Positions 51,264 through 60,531 are shown, counted from the stretch's first letter. The stretch is 64,000 bases of DNA from an uncultured archaeon (GCA_964631415.1 CAZVZC010000002.1:79362-143361); one strand, 5' to 3'. Numbers and translations: made by a program. The notes: generated from the letters alone by a model not told the origin.

Positions 51264-53897
51264 ATGATAGTGGTTGAAGATACAGCAAGCAACGAGATCA
51301 GACAGTTCTTCGTTGTGGACGCCCTGCTCCAGATAGGTATGGTCAAGGCTGGAACACAAGTCCGCGTCTTCGACCCAGGGAGGGCACTGTCATACTTCAC
51401 AATGGTTGAGGACCATCTGCATGATCTGGCCACTCAGTACCCGGGAGCCTTCCGATATCTTCCTCGCAGGGCATATGACTATCTCAAGAAGCCGCTAATC
51501 CTGAGTGAGCTCTGTGCCAGCACTCTCGATCCGTCGGCTGCAAGCTGGCTGGTGGACATGTTTTTTGCAAGGCCCCTGATGGCAGTTGCAGGGAGGTCGC
51601 TCCCTGACTCACAGCAGGACAGGAATGCAGAACTCGCTCAAAGATGGTCAGTCGTACTGCCGCACAGTCCGAGACTCTATCATGTTCAAGACATGCGCAA
51701 TGGACGCAGAAGCGGCCCAGGTTGGGGCTGCGCCTTGACAGTTTCCGATTTGCAGGACACCATGAGAGGAACAAACGGCGCCGATATATTGAACTACGTC
51801 AAATCTGGTCTGCCCTTCTTCATAGAACTGAACGCACCTGACGACATCGACCCCCTTCTCAGATGGCTGATCGTCTTGAGAAACACCGGCCTAGCCAGTC
51901 CCAACCTATTCCTCGCCATCAGGGCACACAAGGTTTGGGGGCCCAAGATAACACAGTTACTGGAAATCCCTAACACGAAACTGCTCACCTGTGGAGCAAC
52001 CATATCGTCGCTTACGACGGTAATATCCCATCTTCGTAAGAACGGTCAGAATCCGTTATGGTCCACTAGACTCGTGTTCGCAAGCGCCTACCCCGAAACA
52101 CATGAGGGGGAGAGCATCTCGGAGATCCTCAGTTACCTGTTCAGTAGGAACTTGGCCGCTTCTCCGGAGGACCTGCAGAGAATCCTTGGCACTAATCTAC
52201 TCTCTATTCTTCCTCCAAGACCCCCATTCCTGAGCTATGTCGATAACGATGAAACCGTCATATCTGAGGCACAGTTTGGAAGACTATGTCTGAAGGAATT
52301 GGCCAGGGTTCTCATGCTGCTAGGCACAAAGGGAAAACAGAATATCTTGTCTGTCGACCACATGCTGTCAAACGAAGGCTCCGTCAGCGCCAACAGCGCA
52401 GTAATAACGCTGGGAGAGTCATCACCTAAGGCCGCAACCTGCCTTGCTGTTTTGGTGGAACGTGATGGAACACTGAGGGTGTCAGGCTGGAAGCGCACAT
52501 TCACCGAGAGCCTCAGCTCAAGGAAGAACGACATATACACAACTCTCGTCAGGGCATCAACAAACTCTTCAGGCCCTGTACTGGATTCGCCGGCTCACTT
52601 GAACCAGTTCGATCTTTCTGTGCTCAAGTGCCTGCAAGTCAGAAACCCACAGGAGATTCTATCTGGACTCCACTTTGCGGTTGACACCCGAGAAATCGAA
52701 CCTGGTATCATGTTGATCTCAGCTGACGATATGAAGGCTCTAGGGGTTGCAGACGGTGAGATAGTCCTTGCCCTTGAAGGGGGCAGCGGTCAATGGTGGT
52801 CAGCACGAGGCGAAGAAGGCGATGCACCGAACCGGAGAGTCGTGCTCTCGCGCTCAGACGCACAGCTTGTCGGACTGGATGGCTCGACTCCAGTCGACCT
52901 AGTGAAGCATGAGGGCCACGTCGTAAACCTTCGAGAGATGATCTTCGCTTATGAAGCACTAGACCCTTGGACGAGTGGCGAACTTGCTTCCCATGTACAC
53001 CTTCACGAAGAGTCCATCAAGAAGACAATCGCGGGCCGCCCATTCGGTTTCGGCACAAGGTTGTACCTTGGAGAGCGAGGCCAGAGGTTCACAATGAATC
53101 TCGTCCGCACAGAACCAGGACTGAGTTCGGGAGAACTTGGTGAGGCCCCATCTGAAGGGTTGGTGTTCAGACCGGCTCAAGCATTCGAGGAGATCAATGT
53201 CATACTGTGTTTGTTCATGGATCAGAGCATGGCAGTGAAGGATGTGAATCTGTCAACAGACGCCTCAGTTCGGAGAAGGCTATCCTCACTCAGTGACAAG
53301 ATGCCCGAACTGGTGGACTTCCTGTCTGGCTTGGAAACACAGGTCACAAGGGCGCAACTGGCAGCACTAATCTCCTTGCTGACTATAGGCCAGATGGCTG
53401 TGAACCGCACTGAAGGACACCTGGGGTTTGTTGTGGTTTCCGAAGAAGCTCACAAGTACTGTATTCAGAAGGGCAATTCAATCCAATCCTCCGCCGAATT
53501 CGCCGAAGACCTACCGTCTCACGAGGTCATGACCTCACTTCTATTGTCTATCTTTGATGCAGCGCGAGAGGTTGGTGGGAAACTCAATGCCTCTGCTGCT
53601 TACCGCTCGGTAGCAGAACTGCTTGAAGACTTCGGCCAAGACAGACCAACCCTAGTCATTCTGATCGGAAGTCGATTGGGTGGCCAAGAGGAAGAGAGCG
53701 CGCCCTTCCTTAAGGCCATATCTGATCATGAGAGATATCGACTGGACTTCTTGGGAGTTGGTGAGAGTTTCGATGACAGAGAGGCCCGTAGACTTCTCAG
53801 GTCCGTCAATAGCAGCATAGTACCAATCAGGTCGTTCTCTGCGCAGGTCTTCGATGACTATCTTCTCTCTGCAATACGGAAACTCCTTCCTCGATAG
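51264..53897 (+). CDS. Fusion protein: inactive amidohydrolase + CDC48-N-like + MIDAS-less vWA
   Basis: Collinear similarity to both divergent neighbours with catalytic motifs replaced (VDALLQ, FASAY, LFMDQSM). Confidence 0.8.
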   Translation: MIVVEDTASNEIRQFFVVDALLQIGMVKAGTQVRVFDPGRALSYFTMVEDHLHDLATQYPGAFRYLPRRAYDYLKKPLILSELCASTLDPSAASWLVDMFFARPLMAVAGRSLPDSQQDRNAELAQRWSVVLPHSPRLYHVQDMRNGRRSGPGWGCALTVSDLQDTMRGTNGADILNYVKSGLPFFIELNAPDDIDPLLRWLIVLRNTGLASPNLFLAIRAHKVWGPKITQLLEIPNTKLLTCGATISSLTTVISHLRKNGQNPLWSTRLVFASAYPETHEGESISEILSYLFSRNLAASPEDLQRILGTNLLSILPPRPPFLSYVDNDETVISEAQFGRLCLKELARVLMLLGTKGKQNILSVDHMLSNEGSVSANSAVITLGESSPKAATCLAVLVERDGTLRVSGWKRTFTESLSSRKNDIYTTLVRASTNSSGPVLDSPAHLNQFDLSVLKCLQVRNPQEILSGLHFAVDTREIEPGIMLISADDMKALGVADGEIVLALEGGSGQWWSARGEEGDAPNRRVVLSRSDAQLVGLDGSTPVDLVKHEGHVVNLREMIFAYEALDPWTSGELASHVHLHEESIKKTIAGRPFGFGTRLYLGERGQRFTMNLVRTEPGLSSGELGEAPSEGLVFRPAQAFEEINVILCLFMDQSMAVKDVNLSTDASVRRRLSSLSDKMPELVDFLSGLETQVTRAQLAALISLLTIGQMAVNRTEGHLGFVVVSEEAHKYCIQKGNSIQSSAEFAEDLPSHEVMTSLLLSIFDAAREVGGKLNASAAYRSVAELLEDFGQDRPTLVILIGSRLGGQEEESAPFLKAISDHERYRLDFLGVGESFDDREARRLLRSVNSSIVPIRSFSAQVFDDYLLSAIRKLLPR

Positions 53898-53907
53898 TCG
53901 TGAGTCA

Positions 53908-54201
53908 TCAGACGCGGACTTCGAGTGCCTTGATCCGCGACTCCAATGCATCCGTTTCGAGTTCCAGTCTGTCAATCATACCCCTAACCAGCCCCAAGAC
54001 GCCTGTAATCTGCTCGACACCCGGGCGACCAACTTGGCTCTTCCTGTCCGCACTAGATTGGACGCAGCCCGTTTCCAACGAGTTCAGGAGATACAGCCGT
54101 CCTTCTAGGCTCTTCACTCTGGCAGGCAGACTCCGGAAGTTCATAAGGACATCCTCGGCTCGTTCGACTATTGCCGGTAGTGTTTCCTCATCAGAAGGCA
54201 A
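53908..54201 (-). CDS. Small coiled-coil protein
   Basis: RVKSLEGRL...IDRLE....LESRIKALE; GAGGTGA RBS; 7 nt from the upstream gene. Confidence 0.7.
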   Translation of the reverse strand: MPSDEETLPAIVERAEDVLMNFRSLPARVKSLEGRLYLLNSLETGCVQSSADRKSQVGRPGVEQITGVLGLVRGMIDRLELETDALESRIKALEVRV

Positions 54202-54208
54202 ATGACAC

Positions 54209-55102
54209 TCACCTCTTCTTCCTTTCAGCTAGAGTCTCAATCCGGCGCTCCAGATCCTCCAGTCTAGACGAAAGAGACTCAAGACGGTCAACTACTTCCT
54301 TCAGTCGAACATAGAGATTCTTGGACGGTGCCCCGGAAACAACTGGCAAGTCCTGTACTCCTTCAGTTCCTGCGTCCGAAACCGCTCGTCCCTCTGTTCC
54401 TGCTAGCGAAGACATGCGGCCTTCGAGGGCCTCAATCCTTCTTTGAAGGTCAAGAGTTTCGATCTCGTCCAGCTCCCGGCTCACCTCTGCCAAGCGCTGC
54501 AACAGGTTATCCGTAGTGTCGGCCTTCCGCTCTGTAACACTCTCAAGCACTCCCGTGCTGGAAAGAGAAGAAGGCACAGTGTTCCCGTCTCCAACAGGAG
54601 CGGGTAGATCTTCATCGCCGGGACGGACCTCGATTCGAGGAGGCCGTTTCCATCCTACTCGTGCGGCCTGCGTTGAAGCAGCAGTCGGACGAATTCGCTC
54701 AACTCTGAATCTGATCCCGCGCTCCGGGAGCGCGAACTTCTGGCCGGTCTTCAGGATGCGGCCATCGAGGTATGGTCTGAGGTCCTCTGAGCGCATCGAT
54801 ATCGCGCGACTGACATCGTCCGACGCCCAATAAACCAACTCAATCTCCTTGCAGAATGGCAAATCCTCAGTGACCTGTTCGACCTCCACCTCGGATTCAT
54901 TTTCCAAGTGGAGATCATCAAAGAGTCGTGAGTCGAGCACTATTGTCTGCTCGGGAACGCCCTTGGAAGGCCGAAGGTCACTGAGCAAGCAACGGCCCTC
55001 GTATGAAACCATCACAGTCCTCCCGAGAAGTGACGCTCCTGACGAGGAACTCAGGAATGAAAGCCCCTTCTGGTCGCGTCCGCGCATTGCTCTGATCTTC
55101 AA
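54209..55102 (-). CDS. CDC48-N-like domain + coiled-coil protein
   Basis: VPEQTIVLDSRLFDDLHLENESEVEV; LDGRILKTGQKF...FRVERIRP; C-terminal heptads; TTG start after GAGGAG. Confidence 0.72.
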   Translation of the reverse strand: MKIRAMRGRDQKGLSFLSSSSGASLLGRTVMVSYEGRCLLSDLRPSKGVPEQTIVLDSRLFDDLHLENESEVEVEQVTEDLPFCKEIELVYWASDDVSRAISMRSEDLRPYLDGRILKTGQKFALPERGIRFRVERIRPTAASTQAARVGWKRPPRIEVRPGDEDLPAPVGDGNTVPSSLSSTGVLESVTERKADTTDNLLQRLAEVSRELDEIETLDLQRRIEALEGRMSSLAGTEGRAVSDAGTEGVQDLPVVSGAPSKNLYVRLKEVVDRLESLSSRLEDLERRIETLAERKKR

Positions 55103-55115
55103 CGTCAGCCACTCC

Positions 55116-56243
55116 TCAATAGATTCGCGTTTCGTAGATCCTAGTGGCCATTGACCTGGATCCATAGAGGACCTCGACTCTGAGGCTTGCTTTCTCTTTC
55201 ACATCCGACATTGGTGTCAGCTTCAACTCGATTTGTTGATCGGACTTCGGACCAACGTCCCTTGATTCGTTGGCAACTTCGGAGATGCCCTCGGATGTCA
55301 CCAGTGTCACAACGACCCGGATGCTTGCGGCCGTAGGACTCGGGTTCTTCACTCTGATTCTGTAGTTGAAGGCCTTCCCGGGCAACAGGGCACTCGGCAC
55401 TTCACCTAGTTCCACTGATAGACCCAGCTGGGATGGAACGAGGGGGCGACCTTTTGGCCACGCAGGTATACGCCCAAGCTCCATCAGCCTTGACAGGGAT
55501 GTCTTCAGCTCTCTTAGGCCCAAGGCGAGCACGGTTGCGGCCTCGACCAAGTCAAAGGAGCCATCGTGCGAAGCATAGTAGGCGAGGACACGGCGGTCTT
55601 CCTCGATGAGGTCACTCACTCCTTCGAGTATGCGTAGAATCGCGTCGGGCAGCTCGGGTGCGTTCAACAACGAATAGTACTTCCCGTCCTCCACAGACTC
55701 TGCTATGCTTCTGAAAGATGGCTCGACTAGAGGATTGCACCCACACACAAAAATAAAGACAGTGTTGCCATATGTCTTCTTCAGTTCCTGGACCTCGGTC
55801 TTGGGGTCATGGCCATCCGGACACCCATTGGGAAAGTAATCGTCAGCAAGTGAGTTGTAGGCTCTGCCGTGAGGGGGTGCATCCCCCACAAGAAGGAGGA
55901 CTTTGTAGGAGCTCTTCTCCCATGAGAGTTTCGTCCGAGCATCATATAGACCGTCGGCAACGGCCTCAGGTGTGTCTCCTCCCTCGGAAGGATTCAGGTC
56001 TGATATTTCCTTGTGAACCACTTTGATCTTGTTGGTGAAGTCAAACACACGTGTCACGTAGGTGTGGTCTTGGGGTGGATGGTCACGATAGGACACGATA
56101 CCGAATCTGATCTGGAGTCCCGACGTCCGTGCCACTATCTTGTCGACTATGCTGAAGAGATTGTCCCTCACAGCCACTATGTCGTCTTTCATTGAGCCTG
56201 TTGTGTCTACCACAAAGGCGATGTCCAGGTTGGTTTCGGGCAG
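55116..56243 (-). CDS. vWA domain + wHTH + Ig-like protein, probable CTG start
   Basis: LDIAFVVDTTGSM, SYRDH, GGDTPEAV, VGDAPPHG; FDLVEAATVL...LSRLMELG; C-terminal beta-sandwich. Confidence 0.82.
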   Translation of the reverse strand: MPETNLDIAFVVDTTGSMKDDIVAVRDNLFSIVDKIVARTSGLQIRFGIVSYRDHPPQDHTYVTRVFDFTNKIKVVHKEISDLNPSEGGDTPEAVADGLYDARTKLSWEKSSYKVLLLVGDAPPHGRAYNSLADDYFPNGCPDGHDPKTEVQELKKTYGNTVFIFVCGCNPLVEPSFRSIAESVEDGKYYSLLNAPELPDAILRILEGVSDLIEEDRRVLAYYASHDGSFDLVEAATVLALGLRELKTSLSRLMELGRIPAWPKGRPLVPSQLGLSVELGEVPSALLPGKAFNYRIRVKNPSPTAASIRVVVTLVTSEGISEVANESRDVGPKSDQQIELKLTPMSDVKEKASLRVEVLYGSRSMATRIYETRIY

Positions 56244-56350
56244 CCCAGATCACTCCGTGTGCCACTCGTGTTGTGCCGCAATTAAGGTTTTGCAGGATTC
56301 GGAGCGCAGCACATTTTAAGGTGACCGTACAACCGCATCACAGTGATCTC

Positions 56351-56749
56351 ATGAGCGAGAGTGACTTGGACGTTGAGCTTGAGTTTGAGGGCGGACCGAC
56401 TATCACGGCTGTCATTGACAGAGTGTTGGGTCCACTGATCGTCGAAGAGATCAAGTTCCGACTGCCCATTGTTGCGAAAGCGGCGGTCATGGCCGGGCAG
56501 GTGAAGATGACCCTTGGCATATCCAAGGGGAACCTCAAGGCTACTAGTGAGGTTAAGCGGGGGGACATGGCATACAACCCGCTAGGAGACTCCCTCGATG
56601 TTTACCTCAAAGACATGCACACCTTTGGGCCGGTAAATCTGATCGGCAGGATAACATCGAACAGTGAGGCCCTACAAAGGCTGGGCACGATAAGGCGCGG
56701 GGGAAGGGTCACAATAAGAGCGGCACACGATGCAAAAACGAGGAAATGA
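56351..56749 (+). CDS. Cyclophilin-like fold protein (DUF369/TM1367 type)
   Basis: RLPI, VKRGDMAYNPLGDSLDVY, PVNLIGRI; TTTTAAG box upstream. Confidence 0.8.
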   Translation: MSESDLDVELEFEGGPTITAVIDRVLGPLIVEEIKFRLPIVAKAAVMAGQVKMTLGISKGNLKATSEVKRGDMAYNPLGDSLDVYLKDMHTFGPVNLIGRITSNSEALQRLGTIRRGGRVTIRAAHDAKTRK

Positions 56750-56755
56750 AACTGA

Positions 56756-57307
56756 CTAGACGCGTTCCAAGTTTCGAATCACGGCCTCGGCCTCATCCAC
56801 TCCCATAACCGACGGGTCTACTGTCATTCCTGGATCCTGAGTTTCGATGACTACCTCCATGCCCGAGTCAGTCACCCTCTTGAACCCCATGCTGGATACA
56901 GGTCGAACCCGGAGCTGAGTTGTATCGAACTCTGCCTTACGAACAGCTTCGACAGTCATGGTCTCCTTGCGAATCTTCGACCTCGCGACACGCAGTCGCT
57001 CATTCAGCTCGGCTACTTGGTCTTGGAGCTTGTTCTTCGTCATTATTGCTTCGCTCAGATTCGTCTTGAGCTCCTCATACTGAGCGCGCTCAACCAGACC
57101 GGCCTTGGGGTCGACCCAAGTCAAAGTAGTGCCGTCAGACCTACGCTTTGTAGATACGAAGCCCAAAGCCTTGAGTATCGCAACAATGTCGTAGACTCTC
57201 CGCTTGGGACTCTGGAGATTCTCAGCCAGAACATCGCTTCGTATACCTTGGGTACCGCACTCCTCAAGCAGACGTATCGACTCCTGAGCAAGGTCCACGA
57301 GCTTCAA
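56756..57307 (-). CDS. E2F/DP-like winged-helix transcription factor with coiled coil
   Basis: LAENLQSPKRRVYDIVAILKALGFVS...LTWV, then a leucine heptad and a beta-rich C-terminus. Confidence 0.8.
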   Translation of the reverse strand: MKLVDLAQESIRLLEECGTQGIRSDVLAENLQSPKRRVYDIVAILKALGFVSTKRRSDGTTLTWVDPKAGLVERAQYEELKTNLSEAIMTKNKLQDQVAELNERLRVARSKIRKETMTVEAVRKAEFDTTQLRVRPVSSMGFKRVTDSGMEVVIETQDPGMTVDPSVMGVDEAEAVIRNLERV

Positions 57308-57583
57308 TGTTTCACCCCGACAGTGCGAAATAGTCTCCTCAGAGCAGCTCCGGAACGATTACCGACCTGACGTATTTAGATGTTGTTATTATGTTTCGAT
57401 TTTGCGAAAGACGGTTCTAGAAACCAATAGCTCGGTTTTTTGGCATGTCATTTTTCGACGGACTCAAGCTCAACTCGAATCCTAGAGCGAGCCCGTCCTT
57501 CCGAGTGGGGAGTGCTTGACAACACCAATAGCTTATTACGTACGACAAAGGCTCGTCGGCCGACCAACAAGGAGGTTCATACC

Positions 57584-58933
57584 ATGGCGGCTAAATCAAT
57601 GAGCAGGACTAGGGTGATCATCATGGGCGCAGCGGGCCGTGATTTCCATAACTTCAACGTCTTCTTCAGGGACAACGAACAGTACGAGGTTGTGGCGTTC
57701 ACTGCGGAGCAGATACCCGGCATTGAGGACAGGATCTATCCTCCAGAGCTCTCAGGGAAGCTCTATCCCAAGGGTATCAAGATATACCCCGAACAGAAGC
57801 TACCGGAACTCATACAGAAGTTTGATGTTCATCAGTGTGTTCTGGCCTACTCCGATCTGCCCTACGAAACAGTCGGGCACAAGATAGCTTGGGTGAACTC
57901 TCTCGGTCCAGACTTTCGAATCATGGGTCCCAAGACCACCATGCTGAAGAGCAACAAACCGGTCATTGCCGTCTGTGCGGTAAGAACTGGGTGCGGGAAG
58001 AGCCAGACATCCAGAAAGATCAACACTCTACTCGTCCAGATGGGTTTCAAACCTGTGAATATCAGGCACCCAATGCCCTACGATCCGGATTTGACGACAC
58101 AGATAGCACAAAGATACGCCACGTTGGCTGACATGGACCGCTACAACTGCACCATCGAGGAACGCGAAGAGTATGAACCCATGATAACCGCAGGTGTCAC
58201 TTTGTACGCAGGCGTTGACTACGGCAAGATACTCGATATGGCGCAGAAGGAGGCGGACGTCATCACATGGGACGGTGGAAACAATGACTTCTCCTTCTAC
58301 AAGCCCGACCTGCTCATTGTCGTGACCGACCCGCACAGAGCAGGTCACGAAGTCACATATTATCCCGGTGAGACTAACCTGAGAATGGCAGATGTTGTCA
58401 TCATAAACAAGATTGATACAGCAGACTATGAAAACGTCGAGAAGGTCAGGGCAAACATAGAGAGAGTGAACCCCAAGGCAATCGTCATTGATGCCGCCTC
58501 TCCTCTGACCGTTGGGGATGTGTCGGTGATCCGTGGGAAGAGAGTCATCGCCATTGAAGACGGCCCAACTGTCACGCACGGCGGCATGGCCTACGGAGCG
58601 GCGTACATTGCGGCACGCAAGTTCGGAGCCACGATTGTTGACCCCAGACCTTTCGCTGTCGGCACGATTCAGGCCACGTTTGAGAAGTACAAGCATCTCA
58701 GAGACGTGCTGCCTGCCATGGGCTATGGGAAGGCACAGATGAAGGAACTAGAAGAAACCATCAACAAGGCAGACGTGGACGCCATTGTTGTGGGGACACC
58801 TATTGACCTGACGCGTCTTCTGAAGATTAACAAGCCCAGTACCAGAGTGAGGTATGATCTGCAGGAGATAGGGAAGCCCGACCTTCTAGATGTTCTGACA
58901 GATTTCGTAAAGAAGCACAAGCTCAAGAAATAG
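57584..58933 (+). CDS. COG2403 P-loop protein ('cyclic 2,3-DPG synthase/GTPase'), likely arginine synthetase ArcE type
   Basis: IMGAAGRDFHNFN, AVRTGCGKSQ, RHPMPY, TIEEREEYE, WDGGNND, EDGPTVTHGG, LPAMGY; ATG 57584 after GGAGGT. Confidence 0.8.
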   Translation: MAAKSMSRTRVIIMGAAGRDFHNFNVFFRDNEQYEVVAFTAEQIPGIEDRIYPPELSGKLYPKGIKIYPEQKLPELIQKFDVHQCVLAYSDLPYETVGHKIAWVNSLGPDFRIMGPKTTMLKSNKPVIAVCAVRTGCGKSQTSRKINTLLVQMGFKPVNIRHPMPYDPDLTTQIAQRYATLADMDRYNCTIEEREEYEPMITAGVTLYAGVDYGKILDMAQKEADVITWDGGNNDFSFYKPDLLIVVTDPHRAGHEVTYYPGETNLRMADVVIINKIDTADYENVEKVRANIERVNPKAIVIDAASPLTVGDVSVIRGKRVIAIEDGPTVTHGGMAYGAAYIAARKFGATIVDPRPFAVGTIQATFEKYKHLRDVLPAMGYGKAQMKELEETINKADVDAIVVGTPIDLTRLLKINKPSTRVRYDLQEIGKPDLLDVLTDFVKKHKLKK

Positions 58934-59103
58934 AGCAGACGAGGGACTTGAGGACTGTCACAACTAGGCTCGATAGTCCTCACCCTGCAGTCGACATAGC
59001 GAATGGTCAGACTGAGCACGACCGAGGAAGACATAATAGGAAGCTGACGAACGCCGGACTAAGATTCCCATACTTGGAGGAACAACTGTTGGCAGAGATA
59101 CCT

Positions 59104-59445
59104 ATGGCTGGAGAAGGAGCCCAGCCCAGTCGGAGCGGTGAGAGACCTCTTGGGGTCACGCTGATAGCAATCTTGCAGTTCCTGCAGTCTATTGTGCTAC
59201 TTGCAGCCGGTGCACTGTCATTGCCAGCGGCAATCGGCATCGGCTTGGCAGTCATCGGTCTTATAGGCTTCTATGTTGGGTTAGCTCTCTTGAACCTCCG
59301 ATCCTGGGCATGGACATGGGCAGTGTTGCTCAACATCCTTGGGCTCATCATCAGCATAGCAGACCGAAGCTGGGTAAGCGTTCTGCTCTCGTTCGTGATT
59401 GTGATCTATCTCTTCCAGCCAGGAATAAGGGCCCGGTTCAAGTGA
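59104..59445 (+). CDS. Small four-TM membrane protein (RPxGVT type)
   Basis: RPLGVTLIAIL...LRSWAW...IVIYL..P.IR..F. Confidence 0.75.
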   Translation: MAGEGAQPSRSGERPLGVTLIAILQFLQSIVLLAAGALSLPAAIGIGLAVIGLIGFYVGLALLNLRSWAWTWAVLLNILGLIISIADRSWVSVLLSFVIVIYLFQPGIRARFK

Positions 59446-59637
59446 TGAGCATACCCTGAATGAGTTGACCCTGTTGCAGTCCAAGTCGCTAGCCTGGACT
59501 CCGGCTTCCTTTGTTATCAACAGCCCTGGCCGAGTCCTGACAACAGCCGCTCCCCGTTCGTCAATTGCAGCAATGACTCATGAACACGGGCAGCATGGGA
59601 AAGATGGAGGAGAGGAATCCGGAGGCGCCTCGGCAAG

Positions 59638-60531
59638 TCACTGCCACACTTCCCCCTGAGCCACGCTGACCCTAGAAACCAGATCCCTATACAGCACTGC
59701 CTGGAAGATGTACCCAAGAGGATCTAGGAGCACTGAAATGAATAAGGTCCAGACCGCTAAGACCCAGATTCCAGTCAAGATGAAGATAGGCAGAAAAACA
59801 AACGCCAAGATGTATCGGATTATGTTCACTGCAATTGTAAGCAGGATTCTGCCTCCGAAGATATGCCAGAAACATCCACCTGTGATTGAGTACGCCCTTA
59901 CCACGGATTCGTATGCGGAGAGGTTCTCACCGATTACGACCCCTAGCACAGGAGAGAGCCTGACGGTCACATAGAAGAACAACACCAATCCTCCAATGAG
60001 ACCCACCAGACCGATGGCGAAAGCTGCGAGTGCCACCAGAAGAGCCAAGCCCATCAGTGCTAGAATCGACAGTACCGAAGCCCCCATGAGCGTGGGCAAT
60101 CTGCTTAGTGCGAATGACAGACTGGAGCGAATCGCTCCCTTCTCAGGGGTCCCGTAGTTGTCAAGTGCAAGCTTCGTCGCGGCACCGCCCACGACTGCAT
60201 ACAGCAGAATACCTGCTATCGTGAGCAAGACCAGGATAAGGACAAAAGATGGGGTCCACCCCGTACCCGTCAAGATGCTAATCAGCAATTCCAGTGAGTC
60301 TACCGTTGCTACACCAATGAGCACGAGCCCAATAGGACCGAACAGAGCTACGAAGACGATTGCCTGTATGCCGACAAAGGCGATTGCTCCAAGTGCCAGT
60401 ATTATCGCATACTGGTGCAGCCTTCTTGACCATAGGCTGAACGTCCGTGACACCAGGCCCAGAAAGCTCACTATGAAGTTCGGTTTCGCGGCTTCTGGAA
60501 ACGCCTGGCTGTTATCAGGACCTATCTCCAC
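59638..60531 (-). CDS. Multi-TM membrane protein (GDPD membrane-domain-like), paralogue 1
   Basis: LVSRTFSLW, GGAATKLALDNYGT, FWHIFGGR, YIFQAVLYRDL. Confidence 0.75.
   Translation of the reverse strand: MEIGPDNSQAFPEAAKPNFIVSFLGLVSRTFSLWSRRLHQYAIILALGAIAFVGIQAIVFVALFGPIGLVLIGVATVDSLELLISILTGTGWTPSFVLILVLLTIAGILLYAVVGGAATKLALDNYGTPEKGAIRSSLSFALSRLPTLMGASVLSILALMGLALLVALAAFAIGLVGLIGGLVLFFYVTVRLSPVLGVVIGENLSAYESVVRAYSITGGCFWHIFGGRILLTIAVNIIRYILAFVFLPIFILTGIWVLAVWTLFISVLLDPLGYIFQAVLYRDLVSRVSVAQGEVWQ

Noticed and set aside
57308-57583. E2F-type binding sites (TTTCGC/GCGAAA words) upstream of the E2F-like gene
   Set aside because: Only partial matches, expected by chance; no full TTTSSCGC site.
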